DNA of 64,000 bases from Myxococcales bacterium (GTDB lineage Bacteria > Myxococcota_A > Polyangia > Polyangiales > DASUME01). The DNA lies in NCBI GenBank assembly GCA_047601445.1, contig JASGJH010000001.1:7616001-7680000 (forward strand). The letters are read 5' to 3'. The translations under genes were made by a program, and so were the position numbers. Positions 55,235 to 64,000 of this stretch are shown here, piece after piece. How positions within the stretch are numbered: position 1 is the first letter of the stretch; each line of letters starts with the position of its first letter. The notes under the pieces are model-generated. The model worked only from the letters and a program-made list of their open reading frames with translations, was not told where the DNA came from and ran no database searches.

Positions 55235-55352
55235 GCGGAGCGCGGGTCGGGCTGGCGCGGCCGCACGGACAGGGGCACGGGCACGCCTTGCTAGCGCAGG
55301 GCTGGCGCGGGAGCGGGTGCTGAATCCGTCAGCACCTGCTAGCAATGGGCGT

Positions 55353-56006
55353 ATGGTCGAGTCCGCACGCGTTTGGTTGGCCGGAGCCACCGGCTTGGTG
55401 GGGCGCGAGACGCTGAACATGTTGCTCGAGGACCGCGCGTTCTCGAGCGTGCTGGCACCAGTGCGGCGCCCGCTGGGCCTGTCGCATCCCAAGCTCGACG
55501 CGCGCGTCGTGGACTTCGAAGCGCTCGAGCCCGCGTTGCACAATGGCGCCAACAACGCAGCCGAAATCGCCATTTGCTGCTTGGGGACCACCATCAAGCA
55601 GGCCGGCAGCCAGGAGAAGTTCCGGCGCGTGGACCACGACTACGTGCTCGCCTTCGCGCGTGCCGCTCGCGCGGCCGGGGTGCAGCACTTCATGGTGGTG
55701 ACGGCGCTCGGCTCCAACGCCAAATCGCTGACCTTCTACAACCGCGTGAAGGGCGAGGTCGAGGCGGCGCTCGGGCAGCTCGGATTTCCTGCACTGACCA
55801 TTGCGCGCCCCTCGCTCTTGCTGGGGGACCGCACCGAGTTTCGCTTCGGCGAGCGCGTCTTCGCCCCGGTGGCCAAGCTGCTCCCCGGCAAGCTGCGCGG
55901 CATCGAGGCGAGCACCGTCGCACGTGCCCTGGTGGTGCTGGCGCGAGCGCCTGCGCGAGGCACGCGGGTGGTCCCCTCCGATGAGCTACAGACGTTGGGG
56001 CGCTAA
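55353..56006 (+). CDS. NAD(P)-binding YraR/TIP30-like protein
   Basis: LAGATGLVG, CCLGTTIKQAGS, VDHDY, FYNRVKGEVE, RPSLLLGDR. Confidence 0.85.
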   Translation: MVESARVWLAGATGLVGRETLNMLLEDRAFSSVLAPVRRPLGLSHPKLDARVVDFEALEPALHNGANNAAEIAICCLGTTIKQAGSQEKFRRVDHDYVLAFARAARAAGVQHFMVVTALGSNAKSLTFYNRVKGEVEAALGQLGFPALTIARPSLLLGDRTEFRFGERVFAPVAKLLPGKLRGIEASTVARALVVLARAPARGTRVVPSDELQTLGR

Positions 56007-56120
56007 AGGGCCCTCAGGGCCACGTTGCCGCACGGATTCGAGCCTGATTCCTGCGCTGACCGCGCAGGCCGCTCCAGCGAGCAAATGGTCGACGACGCCG
56101 GCGATCGGTAGACTCGCAGC

Positions 56121-56726
56121 ATGGCGCTCACCATCGATCCCTTCTCTTTTCCTGACCCCGAGTTGGATGCCGAGGACGTAGGTCCCCATGCCATCGTGCT
56201 GGGTGGCGGCTGCTTCTGGTGCACCGAGGCGGTGTACACGCAGCTCGAGGGCGTCACCGGAGTCCTGCCCGGCTACGCGGGAGATAGCGCCGCGAGTGCC
56301 ACCTACGAGGCCGTCTGCAGCGGGCGCACCAACCACGCCGAAGTGATCCGCGTCGACTACGACGCCTCGCGCATCAGCCTGGGCAAGATCCTCAAGCTCT
56401 TCTTCTCCGTCGCTCACGACCCGACCCAGAAGGACCGTCAGGGGGCCGACGTAGGCCGACAGTATCGCTCCGTGATCTTCTATGCCGACGAGAATCAGAA
56501 GCGTGTGGCCGAAGCCTACATCGCGCAGCTCGATGCACTCGGCATCTTCGATGCCAAGATCGCAACTGAAGTGGCGCCACTCGAGACCTTCTTCGAAGCC
56601 GAGGCGTATCACCACGATTACGCGGCGCGAAACCCCTTGCAGCCCTACATCCGCGGCGTCTCGGATCCCAAGGTCAAGAAGCTGAAGAAACTGCACGCGG
56701 ACCTGCTGAAAGAATCCGCGCGCTGA
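56121..56726 (+). CDS. msrA: Peptide-methionine (S)-S-oxide reductase
   Basis: GGGCFWCTE, HAEVI, HDPTQ, QGADVGRQYRS, AEAYHHDY. Confidence 0.93.
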   Translation: MALTIDPFSFPDPELDAEDVGPHAIVLGGGCFWCTEAVYTQLEGVTGVLPGYAGDSAASATYEAVCSGRTNHAEVIRVDYDASRISLGKILKLFFSVAHDPTQKDRQGADVGRQYRSVIFYADENQKRVAEAYIAQLDALGIFDAKIATEVAPLETFFEAEAYHHDYAARNPLQPYIRGVSDPKVKKLKKLHADLLKESAR

Positions 56727-56872
56727 TCGCGGCGCGAGTTCGCGCCCAAATCTTCATTCGCGACCCACTCGTGCGGGGCTTTCGTCACAACGTGGCGAGC
56801 ATGTCCAGCTGTGACAGCGCGGATTTCCGGCAGCCCTGCGCGATTTCCAGCGACACGCCGCATTCGCGCGCC

Positions 56873-56888
56873 TGGCACGTTGCTCGCT
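56873..56888 (+). promoter_or_regulatory. Sigma-54 -24/-12 promoter
   Basis: TGGCACGTTGCTCGCT (TGGCACG-N4-TCGC), about 70 nt upstream of ATG 56959. Confidence 0.6.
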
Positions 56889-56958
56889 CTCACATGGCTC
56901 ATGTGCCGCCGGGCGCGCCGTCGTCTGCGCGCGGCTCAGAAGCGAAAGAAGGAAAACC

Positions 56959-57144
56959 ATGTCTCAGGAGAAGAATCCGCAGCAGGGCCAGGGCCAGCAG
57001 CGCAATCCAAACCAGGAGCAACGTGGCAACCAGCAGGCGGATCAACAGCGCCAGCACCAACAGGGGCAACAGGGCGACCCAGCTTCCCGCGACCAGAATC
57101 AGCGGCGTCGAGAGCAAGAGGAAGAGCAGCGCGACGGCGCGTGA
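56959..57144 (+). CDS. Small Gln-rich disordered protein (61 aa)
   Basis: RBS GAAGGA, sigma-54 promoter upstream and a strong hairpin downstream. Confidence 0.65.
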   Translation: MSQEKNPQQGQGQQRNPNQEQRGNQQADQQRQHQQGQQGDPASRDQNQRRREQEEEQRDGA

Positions 57145-57182
57145 GTCGTTCGTCCTCGCGATGAACGCCGGCTGACGCGGCG

Positions 57183-57221
57183 GGGGGGCGGGGAGCGTCC
57201 TGGTTGGGTTCCCCGCCCCCC
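57183..57221. terminator. GC-rich hairpin between convergent genes
   Basis: ggggggcgggga / tccccgcccccc, perfect 12-bp stem; weak U-tail. Confidence 0.5.
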
Positions 57222-57344
57222 TCTTGCCGGATCGACGGATCAACAACCCTCGCGGTCGCCGTCGCCCTCAACCGCATGCGCTGTCCACGACTACCTGAAC
57301 CGTGGCGCTGACCAGTCAGCGTCAACTGCTTGCGCCGCCCCCGA

Positions 57345-58142
57345 TCACCGCTTGATCGCCCTCGTCAGCAAGTAATCCTGTCGCAGGGTATTGTCCTCGA
57401 AGTACTCGCCCGCGAGCGCGACCAACTCCTTGCGATAGCGCGCCAGCGTCTCGGCGTCGCCTGATTGTGCGAGCGCCCGCGCTGGGCCCACGGTCTCCTC
57501 GATGACCTGCACGTAATGCGGGAGGCTCAACAAGTGAAAGCGCATGATGCCGCGCTCGAAGCGCAGGTCGCTCACCGAGTCGCCCAGGCGCTGGCGTACC
57601 ACCGATACATCGCCCCAGGCGGGAGGCGGCGAGAACCCGGGCGGCGGCGGAGGTGCGAAGCGCGAGGTGAGCGCGAAGAAGCGACCCACGAAGTGCTCCG
57701 GAGGCCAGGTCGCGAAGGCCAAGGTTCCGCCTGGACGCAGCACGCGCAGGAGCTCCGCTGCCGCCACCTCGGCGCGCGGCGCGAACATGTGCCCGAACTG
57801 ACTCACGACGACGTCGAAGGCGCCATCGGGGTAGGGCAGTGCCTCGGCATCTCCTTGCTGGAACGTCACCGAAACGCCCGCGATCTTGGCGTTTTCTTTC
57901 GCGCGCTCGAGGAGCTCCGGAGTCAGGTCCAAGCCAGTCACCTGGGCGCCCGAGACTGCCGCAGTCACGGCGACCACGCCGGTGCCGCAGCCGACATCGA
58001 GCAGCTTGGCGCCGGGCTTGACCTGGGCGTACCGCACGAGATGCGCGGCAGTGGGTGTGGTGAAGACATCGATGGGCGCAAAGTGGGCCCAAACCTGGCG
58101 CTGCTTCTCCTTGAACTGCACGAACGGATCCGGTTGGCTCAT
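57345..58142 (-). CDS. Class I SAM-dependent methyltransferase
   Basis: LLDVGCGTG, GDAEALPY, FDVVVSQFGHMFAPR, LRVLRPGG. Confidence 0.88.
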   Translation of the reverse strand: MSQPDPFVQFKEKQRQVWAHFAPIDVFTTPTAAHLVRYAQVKPGAKLLDVGCGTGVVAVTAAVSGAQVTGLDLTPELLERAKENAKIAGVSVTFQQGDAEALPYPDGAFDVVVSQFGHMFAPRAEVAAAELLRVLRPGGTLAFATWPPEHFVGRFFALTSRFAPPPPPGFSPPPAWGDVSVVRQRLGDSVSDLRFERGIMRFHLLSLPHYVQVIEETVGPARALAQSGDAETLARYRKELVALAGEYFEDNTLRQDYLLTRAIKR

Positions 58143-58270
58143 GGCGATCTCTCCGTGGACGAGGGCACTGCGGGTGTGCGGGTTTCGACGTACACCAGAT
58201 CGAAGACTCGATTTATACCCTATTCGCCAGATCGCCTGCGTGCGTTACACCCGCTCACCCTGAATACGGA

Positions 58271-58609
58271 CTATTCATCCTCGACCCAGGTCCTGAGTCT
58301 CTCGAGCGCGTCGTCCCACTGGGCGGAGATTTGCTCGAGCGCGCGCCGGGCCTCGACGATGCGTTTCGGCTCCAGCTCCCAGATGCTTTCGCGTCCCGTA
58401 CGCCGCGCGTGCACGAGACCCGCGCCCTCCAGCACGTGCAGGTGCTTGGTGATCGCCTGCCGCGTGACTCCCGAGCCCTCGCTGAGTCGCGCGATCGATT
58501 GTGGACCCGTGCTGCACAGTCGCTTTACCAGGCCCAGCCGCGTCTCATCGCCCAGGGCGGCAAACACTGGCGCAGGCGCCTTCAAGCTCGCTTCAGCCCG
58601 GCGCGACAT
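58271..58609 (-). CDS. ArsR/SmtB family regulator
   Basis: VFAALGDETRL, VTRQAITKHLHVLEGAGLV, WDDALERLR. Confidence 0.88.
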   Translation of the reverse strand: MSRRAEASLKAPAPVFAALGDETRLGLVKRLCSTGPQSIARLSEGSGVTRQAITKHLHVLEGAGLVHARRTGRESIWELEPKRIVEARRALEQISAQWDDALERLRTWVEDE

Positions 58610-59052
58610 ATTGCTCGATGTTCTTGAGCTGTGTCGCCCAGCCGCCGTCATTCATACGGAAGGCCTCCGCGCGACGCGCCGCGGGCACCTGGTCGAACCC
58701 GGATTCCACCACCGTGAGCAACGTGCCACCGGGGCGCTCCTCCAGCTTGAACTCCACCAGGGTGGGCGTCTCGCTCGCGTAGTCGACCTTGGGATCGATG
58801 GCATACGGATGCCAGCGATAGGAGAACAGCCGCTGTGCCTCCATCTTCTCCACCACCACCTCCATCTTCAGGTGCTCGTAGCCCGGGTACGTGATGTGGC
58901 CCTTGACCTTTTGGCCCACCACGAACGGACCTTCGAGGGAGACTCGGAACCAGGCTCCAAATTCCTTGGAATCGGTCAGGGCCTGCCATACCCGCGCCTG
59001 CGTGGCGCGCAGCAAGATTCTGCTTTTCGATACGGTCCGTAGTCGAAGCCAT
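58593..59052 (-). CDS. SRPBCC (AHA1-like) protein, +1 frameshift near 59018
   Basis: MASTTDRIEKQ joins ILLRATQARVWQALTDSKEFGAWF...FSYRWHPY...VVESGFD...GGW; RBS AGGAGG. Confidence 0.85.
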
Positions 59053-59110
59053 ATGCAACCTCCTGATTGCATATTATCCGGCGCTGCCATCTGTGCAACC
59101 ATTTGGTTGC
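59051..59110. promoter_or_regulatory. Two related palindromic operators, probably ArsR autoregulation
   Basis: atatgcaa-cctcctga-ttgcatat (59051-59074, covers the RBS) and gcaacca-tt-tggttgc (59095-59110). Shared core GCAACC-N4-G(G/A)TTGC. Confidence 0.7.
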
Positions 59111-59149
59111 GTATCTTTGGGAGGCTCTCGCGCGCTACAGTCCGTGTCC

Positions 59150-59966
59150 ATGTTGGGTGGCGTTCGCCAGGGTTCCGCGCCGCGCGCCAAATGCCGGATC
59201 CGAGGCGCGTGCGCCTGGGCTCTGTGCGGCCTCGTGCTCGCAGCACTGCCGTGTCGCGTTCGAGCCCGTCACTTCCGCGCGCGCTTCGAGCCCACCACCC
59301 TGGAGCTCGACGACCCGGGCACGCTGGAGATTGACGGCCAGGTTGGCGGCGTGGAGGGGAGCAGTGTGGACGGCGATCGCCTGATCGCACCCGACTTCGA
59401 GGTCGACCTCGGTGTATTCAAGTGGCTCGAGCTCGACGTGGACGGCGGTTTCGGCGTGACGCACGTGAACCAACCGGCGCGACGGCGCGTGGTAGGCGAA
59501 CCATTGTGGACCGCCGCCAAGCTTGCGGTGCTCAACGTGGAAGACGAGCAGAGCGGCCATCACTACGGCGTCGGGATCCAAGTCGGCCCGCGCTTGCCGT
59601 CCCTGCATACGCCGCCTGGCGTCGGGCTGGCCGGGTTGTTGCTGTTGGGCATGGGCACGCGGCGCTTGCACACCGTGGCCAATCTCGGTGCCGTGCTCGA
59701 CCGCGGGCAGCCACGTTTGTTCGCGTACGGCATCGATTCTGACGCTCGCGTTCGGGGGCAACAACCCGTGGTCCTTGCTTGGGGAAGTGGGCGGTACGCA
59801 CCCGTTGCAGACGCGCGCTCCCGACCAGCTGCTGAGCGCCGTGGGGATTGGCTACCAAGCGAACCAAATCTGTCAGCTCTCGCTGCTCGCGCTCACGGGC
59901 TACCTGCCACACAACGACCGCTTCGGACTCGTGGCGGGTCTCTCGACGCAGTTCGGGCTCTGGTAG
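59150..59966 (+). CDS. Exported or outer-membrane beta-rich hypothetical protein, +1 frameshift near 59737
   Basis: Signal-like N-terminus, RFEPTTLELDDPG..APDFEVDLG. YGID joins LTLAFGGNNPWSLLGEVGG...STQFGLW. Confidence 0.55.
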
Positions 59967-60063
59967 GAGGCGCCCTTTCGCGCTTCGTCATGGTTCTGCC
60001 ATATCCCTCACGTCGCGTGCGCGACGGTGATCCAAACGCGCGAGATCCACGGTAATCTTGGAC

Positions 60064-61578
60064 ATGACGTGGTCGAGCGACGGTTCCCACAACGCTGCAG
60101 CGTCAGACGACGGGTTCAACTACCTGTTGTTCTCCGACGTCCATCTGGGCTCCGACATCGTGCCCCATGTGCGACCGTGGGCGGAGCGTTCCTGGTTGCG
60201 GCAGGAGGCCGACGTCGACGCGGCGCTGGTGGCGCTGCTCGCCCATCACCGCAAGGAGCGTGATCCCGCGCGTCCCTGGCGCCTGGTGGTGGCGGGTGAT
60301 TTTCTCGATCTCGTCGGTGTGTCGTTGAGCGCGGCCGCCGATTTGCGTACGCCGCCCACCGAAGAGGAGCTGCGCTGCGGCCTGGGTAGTGCGGCAGATC
60401 ACGTGGTTCACAAGGTGCACGCCATCGCGGCGCGTCATCCGCGCGTGTTCAGGGCGCTGATGGAGTTCGTGGCCGAGGGGCACGCGTTGGTGGTGGTGCG
60501 CGGGAATCACGACGTGGAGCTGCACTGGCGGGCGGCGCAGCGCGCCTTCGTGGACGCCATCGTGGCGCACGCCGAGGTCCACGAACGGGCGGCCATCTCA
60601 CGACGCATCGAGATCTGCCCGTGGTTCTTCCACGTGCACGGCCTGTTGTACGTGGAGCATGGGCAAGAGTTCGATCCCATGTGTAGCTACGGCAATCCGT
60701 TGGTGCCCACCTGGGAGAAGGACCAACGTCGCATCCGGCCCACGCCGTTCTCGGTGCTGTTGCGGCAGGTCGCGCGGCCCACGCCGGGGCTCAGCTCCTC
60801 GAGCTACGGCTATGTCGGCATGGGAGCTTACGTTTGGCTGTGTGTGCGGCTCGGCGTGCGTGGGACCCTGCGCATCGCAGCCCGCTACGCACGTGCCTGT
60901 TGGGACTTGATCTCCGAGTGCGCCGTCCGAGGACTCAAGGGGGCCGACCGGGTGCGGGTCAGCTCTCGCGCCAAGCTCGCGCGCTACGACAGCCTGCCTT
61001 CGCGCATGCGGCGCTTCGCCCAGCGCACCGGCGTGAGCGAGGAGCGCCTGCGCGCGCTGCTCTCCGTGTACGTGGGCTCGGCCGTGGATAGCCTGAGCGT
61101 GATGGTGAGGTCGCTCTATGTGGACCGCATCGCGAGCTTGTTCCTCACCCTGCTGGGCTTGTTGGTGGCGCTCTTACTCTACGTGCTCGTCGGACCGACG
61201 AGCGCCGCGGTGAGCGCCGGGCTGGCCCTGGCGTCGTTCGTGTTCGCCTGCGTGGGTCGCGGCGTGAACACCTCGCCCAACGACAGCCTGCGCCACGGCG
61301 CCGAGCGCATCGCCAAGTTGTTCAACGTGCGCTGGGTCGTGATGGGGCACACGCACGAGCCAGTGATGGAGCCGATGTCCACGGGGGCGACCTACGTGAA
61401 TCTGGGCAGCTGGGGTCAGGACGACACGCCCGAGGAACGCTCCATGGCCCACGACTGTACGCAGACGTTCCTGACCTTGCGTCGTCTGGACAACGACTAT
61501 CGGGCCGATCTGTTGCGCTGGGATCCCGTGCGCGGTGTGGTCGAGGGATTCCGGCGGCTCTCCGTGTCCCCGCCCTGA
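60064..61578 (+). CDS. Calcineurin-like metallophosphoesterase with TM hairpin
   Basis: SDVHLG, AGDFLD, RGNHD, EHG, VMGHTH, YVNLGSW. Confidence 0.85.
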   Translation: MTWSSDGSHNAAASDDGFNYLLFSDVHLGSDIVPHVRPWAERSWLRQEADVDAALVALLAHHRKERDPARPWRLVVAGDFLDLVGVSLSAAADLRTPPTEEELRCGLGSAADHVVHKVHAIAARHPRVFRALMEFVAEGHALVVVRGNHDVELHWRAAQRAFVDAIVAHAEVHERAAISRRIEICPWFFHVHGLLYVEHGQEFDPMCSYGNPLVPTWEKDQRRIRPTPFSVLLRQVARPTPGLSSSSYGYVGMGAYVWLCVRLGVRGTLRIAARYARACWDLISECAVRGLKGADRVRVSSRAKLARYDSLPSRMRRFAQRTGVSEERLRALLSVYVGSAVDSLSVMVRSLYVDRIASLFLTLLGLLVALLLYVLVGPTSAAVSAGLALASFVFACVGRGVNTSPNDSLRHGAERIAKLFNVRWVVMGHTHEPVMEPMSTGATYVNLGSWGQDDTPEERSMAHDCTQTFLTLRRLDNDYRADLLRWDPVRGVVEGFRRLSVSPP

Positions 61579-61585
61579 CTTCCGC

Positions 61586-62989
61586 TCAGCGCGCCGGTGG
61601 GATCGAGGCGAACCTGCGCAGGCGTGCGCGCAGCTCTGCGCGCTCGGCGTCGACCTCCACGTAGCGCTCGGCGATGGTACGCACGAAGGCTTGTAGCCAA
61701 CCCTGGCCTTCGAGCTCGCGTTCGATGGCCGCGCGTGTGATGACCTGCACGGTGACCGGTGTCAGCGCGATCACGCTCGCGGTGCGCGCGCGGTTGGCCA
61801 ACACGGCGGCCTCGCCGAAGACCTGGCCCACCCCGAGCTCGGCCAGCTTGGTGCGGCCCTCGCCTTGCCCTTGCTCCACGGAGCAGCGCCCCTCGGCCAG
61901 GATGTAGCCTTCGTCGCCCAGCTCGCCTTCGCGGACGATCACGTCGCCGGGCATGAAGTGCTTGGTCTCGAACCAGCCGCCGCCTTTGCGGAAGCTCTCG
62001 AGCGCCATGCGGAAGCTCACCACGTCCGGGAAGCGCTGATCCATCTCGTGGGCGAGGGCGCGCTGCGCGATGGCACACAGGCCCGGCGGCATCACGCGCG
62101 TGGGCTCGCGCTCCTGGGGCGGGATCACCTGATGTTCGCGCATGAACACCAGGTCGGCGGGACCGCCCAGGGGCTCGTAGGGCGTGCGCGTGGTGAGGAG
62201 CTCGTAGAGGATGGCGCCGAGGCCGTACACGTCGGTGCGCTCGTCGACCCGGCGCATGCGGTCGTCGATCTGTTCGGGGGCCATGTAGCCGGGGGTCCCG
62301 CGGATGCCGTGCACGGCGTCGCGCGGTCGCAGTCGAGCGTCCGTGTCACGCGTGCACTCCACGGCCACGCCCCAGTCCATGACGTAGATCTGACCGTGCT
62401 CGCCGACCATCACGTTGGCCGGCTTGAGGTCGAGATGGAGTACCCCGCGGCTGTGGGCGAAGGCGATGGCGTCGCACACCTTGATGAGGAAGCCCAGGGT
62501 CTGGTCCAGCGCCGCTGACACCGCGGCCTGACCGTCGGCCGTCGCATTGTTGGCTCGCATCCAGGCCGCCAGGTTCACGCCCTCCACGAGCTTCATGACG
62601 AAGTGAGGAGGTGCGCTGGTGTCGTCGGCCCGTAGCTCGTGGATGGGCACGATGTAGGGGTGCTCGAGCCGGCCCATCAGACGGGCTTCGAAGCTGAAGG
62701 CTGCGGCTGATTCCGGGCTCGTTGCGCGCCCTGGATCCATGACCTTCACAGCGACGTGACGACCGAGTTCGCTGTCGTAGGCGTCGTGGACCGCGCCCAT
62801 ACCGCCCTGACCAATTTCGCCACAATCTTCGAAGCGTCCGCTGAAGGCGGGGCGCACGCCGGAGGCGTCGAGCTGGCTGGGTCGGTCGAAGCCGTGCTCA
62901 CCCAGGAAGTCTGGGTTGAACTGACCGAGCTTCGAACCGTCCTGCACGCTTTTCGATATATCACCCCGGCGCAACTTTGAGAGCACCAC
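61586..62989 (-). CDS. Ser/Thr kinase with C-terminal cyclic-nucleotide-binding domain
   Basis: GQGGMG, VAVKV, HLDLKPAN, MDWG, GTPGYMAPEQ. C-terminus GDVIVREGE...GQVFGEAAVL...RTASV. Confidence 0.9.
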   Translation of the reverse strand: MVLSKLRRGDISKSVQDGSKLGQFNPDFLGEHGFDRPSQLDASGVRPAFSGRFEDCGEIGQGGMGAVHDAYDSELGRHVAVKVMDPGRATSPESAAAFSFEARLMGRLEHPYIVPIHELRADDTSAPPHFVMKLVEGVNLAAWMRANNATADGQAAVSAALDQTLGFLIKVCDAIAFAHSRGVLHLDLKPANVMVGEHGQIYVMDWGVAVECTRDTDARLRPRDAVHGIRGTPGYMAPEQIDDRMRRVDERTDVYGLGAILYELLTTRTPYEPLGGPADLVFMREHQVIPPQEREPTRVMPPGLCAIAQRALAHEMDQRFPDVVSFRMALESFRKGGGWFETKHFMPGDVIVREGELGDEGYILAEGRCSVEQGQGEGRTKLAELGVGQVFGEAAVLANRARTASVIALTPVTVQVITRAAIERELEGQGWLQAFVRTIAERYVEVDAERAELRARLRRFASIPPAR

Positions 62990-63007
62990 AAATGTGGGGT
63001 CGCGCGC

Positions 63008-63379
63008 TCAGCCGGCGATTCCGAACAGCTCCTCGATCGACTGCTGGTGGTAGAGGCTGCCTTTGAAGCCCGCCACGCGCTCGAGCTCCTTGCCGTCCTT
63101 GAAGTACAGCACGGTGGGTGTGGCCTGAATCTGCAGCTGGCTCATGGTGCGAGGCGAGGTCTCGGCGGCCATTTCGCACACCTTCACGCGACCCCGATAC
63201 TGGGCAGCCAGCTCCATCATGATGGGCTCGAGCTGCTTGCAGTGGCCGCAGCGCTGGCCCCACACGTCGATCACGACGGGTTCCGTGGAGTTGAGCACTT
63301 CGCTCGCGAAGTTGCTGTCGTCGAGGTGGAGCGGCTGCTGCTTTTCGGTGATGCCGAGGAGTTTGGAGAAGAGTCCCAT
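63008..63379 (-). CDS. Thioredoxin family protein
   Basis: PVVIDVWGQRCGHCKQLEP, IQATPTVLYFKDG. Confidence 0.85.
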   Translation of the reverse strand: MGLFSKLLGITEKQQPLHLDDSNFASEVLNSTEPVVIDVWGQRCGHCKQLEPIMMELAAQYRGRVKVCEMAAETSPRTMSQLQIQATPTVLYFKDGKELERVAGFKGSLYHQQSIEELFGIAG

Positions 63380-63611
63380 CGGGCGCGCAGTCTAGCAGCG
63401 GAGCATCGAAGCGCGGCACCGCCAGCGCAGCGAATCGCGCGGTGCTGCAGTCCCGTCACAGCCAACGCATTGACTCGTTCGGGATGCCGCGCTGCTTGCC
63501 TGCGCTCCGGGAGGGAGTGTGGGAGGATTCTGACTTGAGGCTGCTGAACATCGGCCGCGAGGGCGTTTACGCTTCCGGCTGGGCAGGAATCGTTTCTAGG
63601 ATTTCTGCCCT

Positions 63612-64000
63612 ATGAGTGAGACAGCGCATCAAACGCCGCCGCGTGAGCCCAAGGGTTCGCGTTCGCGCCAACATCGGGTCGGCAGCGTGCTGCCGGCGCT
63701 CAGCGGGCTCGGGCTTTGTCTCTTGGCCCTGCCCAGCGCGGCACGCGCGCAAACCTGGAGTGACGGTCGCACGGCACCGACCCTGCGCGAGATCGTGGCG
63801 GTGGACCCGAGCGGGGAACCGGCCTGGCCCTTCGGCTCGGAAGACGTGGCCGGCGACGCCAACGTGTTCGCGGCCGACGAAGCGTCCACGGACGTGCGTA
63901 CGATGTACGCAGACTCCGATGCGCAGCGCCTCTGGCTGCGCGCCTACGTGGTCTCGCCCCAGACCTCGCCGGCCAACCTGGCCGCCTACTTCTTCATCGA
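63612..64000 (+). CDS. Exported protein, N-terminal part (runs off the window end)
   Basis: Manual translation: open from ATG 63612 to the end, signal peptide ...LCLLALPSAARA|QTWSDGR, then EIVAVDPSGEPAWPFGSEDVAGD. Confidence 0.6.
   Translation, partial: MSETAHQTPPREPKGSRSRQHRVGSVLPALSGLGLCLLALPSAARAQTWSDGRTAPTLREIVAVDPSGEPAWPFGSEDVAGDANVFAADEASTDVRTMYADSDAQRLWLRAYVVSPQTSPANLAAYFFI

Noticed and set aside
55235..55352. Missing pal after tolB as an anomaly
   Set aside because: pal is often located elsewhere outside enterobacteria; cannot be judged from one window.

Overview
High-GC, gene-dense chromosomal window. The gene content (PEGA/TPR and FG-GAP proteins, Hanks-type kinases, DUF4423, DUF1844, many lipoproteins, sigma-54 regulators) points to Myxococcota, probably Polyangiales-like; this is an inference. 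Most genes are core or accessory metabolism: hslO (partial), hemW, ccmAB, an ACAD-phosphotransferase-histidine phosphatase trio, an ABC1 kinase-ferredoxin reductase-desaturase operon with LysR, TamB plus an Omp85 protein, mpl-suhB-cbiZ-cobO, gyrB, tatBC, an MCP, two Ser/Thr kinases, two methyltransferases, a di-heme cytochrome c, two sigma-54 response regulators, tolQR-tonB/tolA-tolB, msrA, an SRPBCC-ArsR module and a thioredoxin. I found no rRNA, tRNA, CRISPR array, transposase or prophage. Most notable: (1) a 71-aa double-glycine-leader peptide whose core looks like a four-stranded beta-meander ending in GFGFF, next to a di-heme cytochrome coupled to sigma-54 activators; (2) seven genes broken by single +1 insertions, all at GATC/TCGA-like sites, probably modification-linked sequencing error; (3) three different palindromic or tandem intergenic elements; (4) a split ACAD10/LvaAC-like module beside a lipid operon. 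All product calls come from motif recognition by eye; no searches were run.
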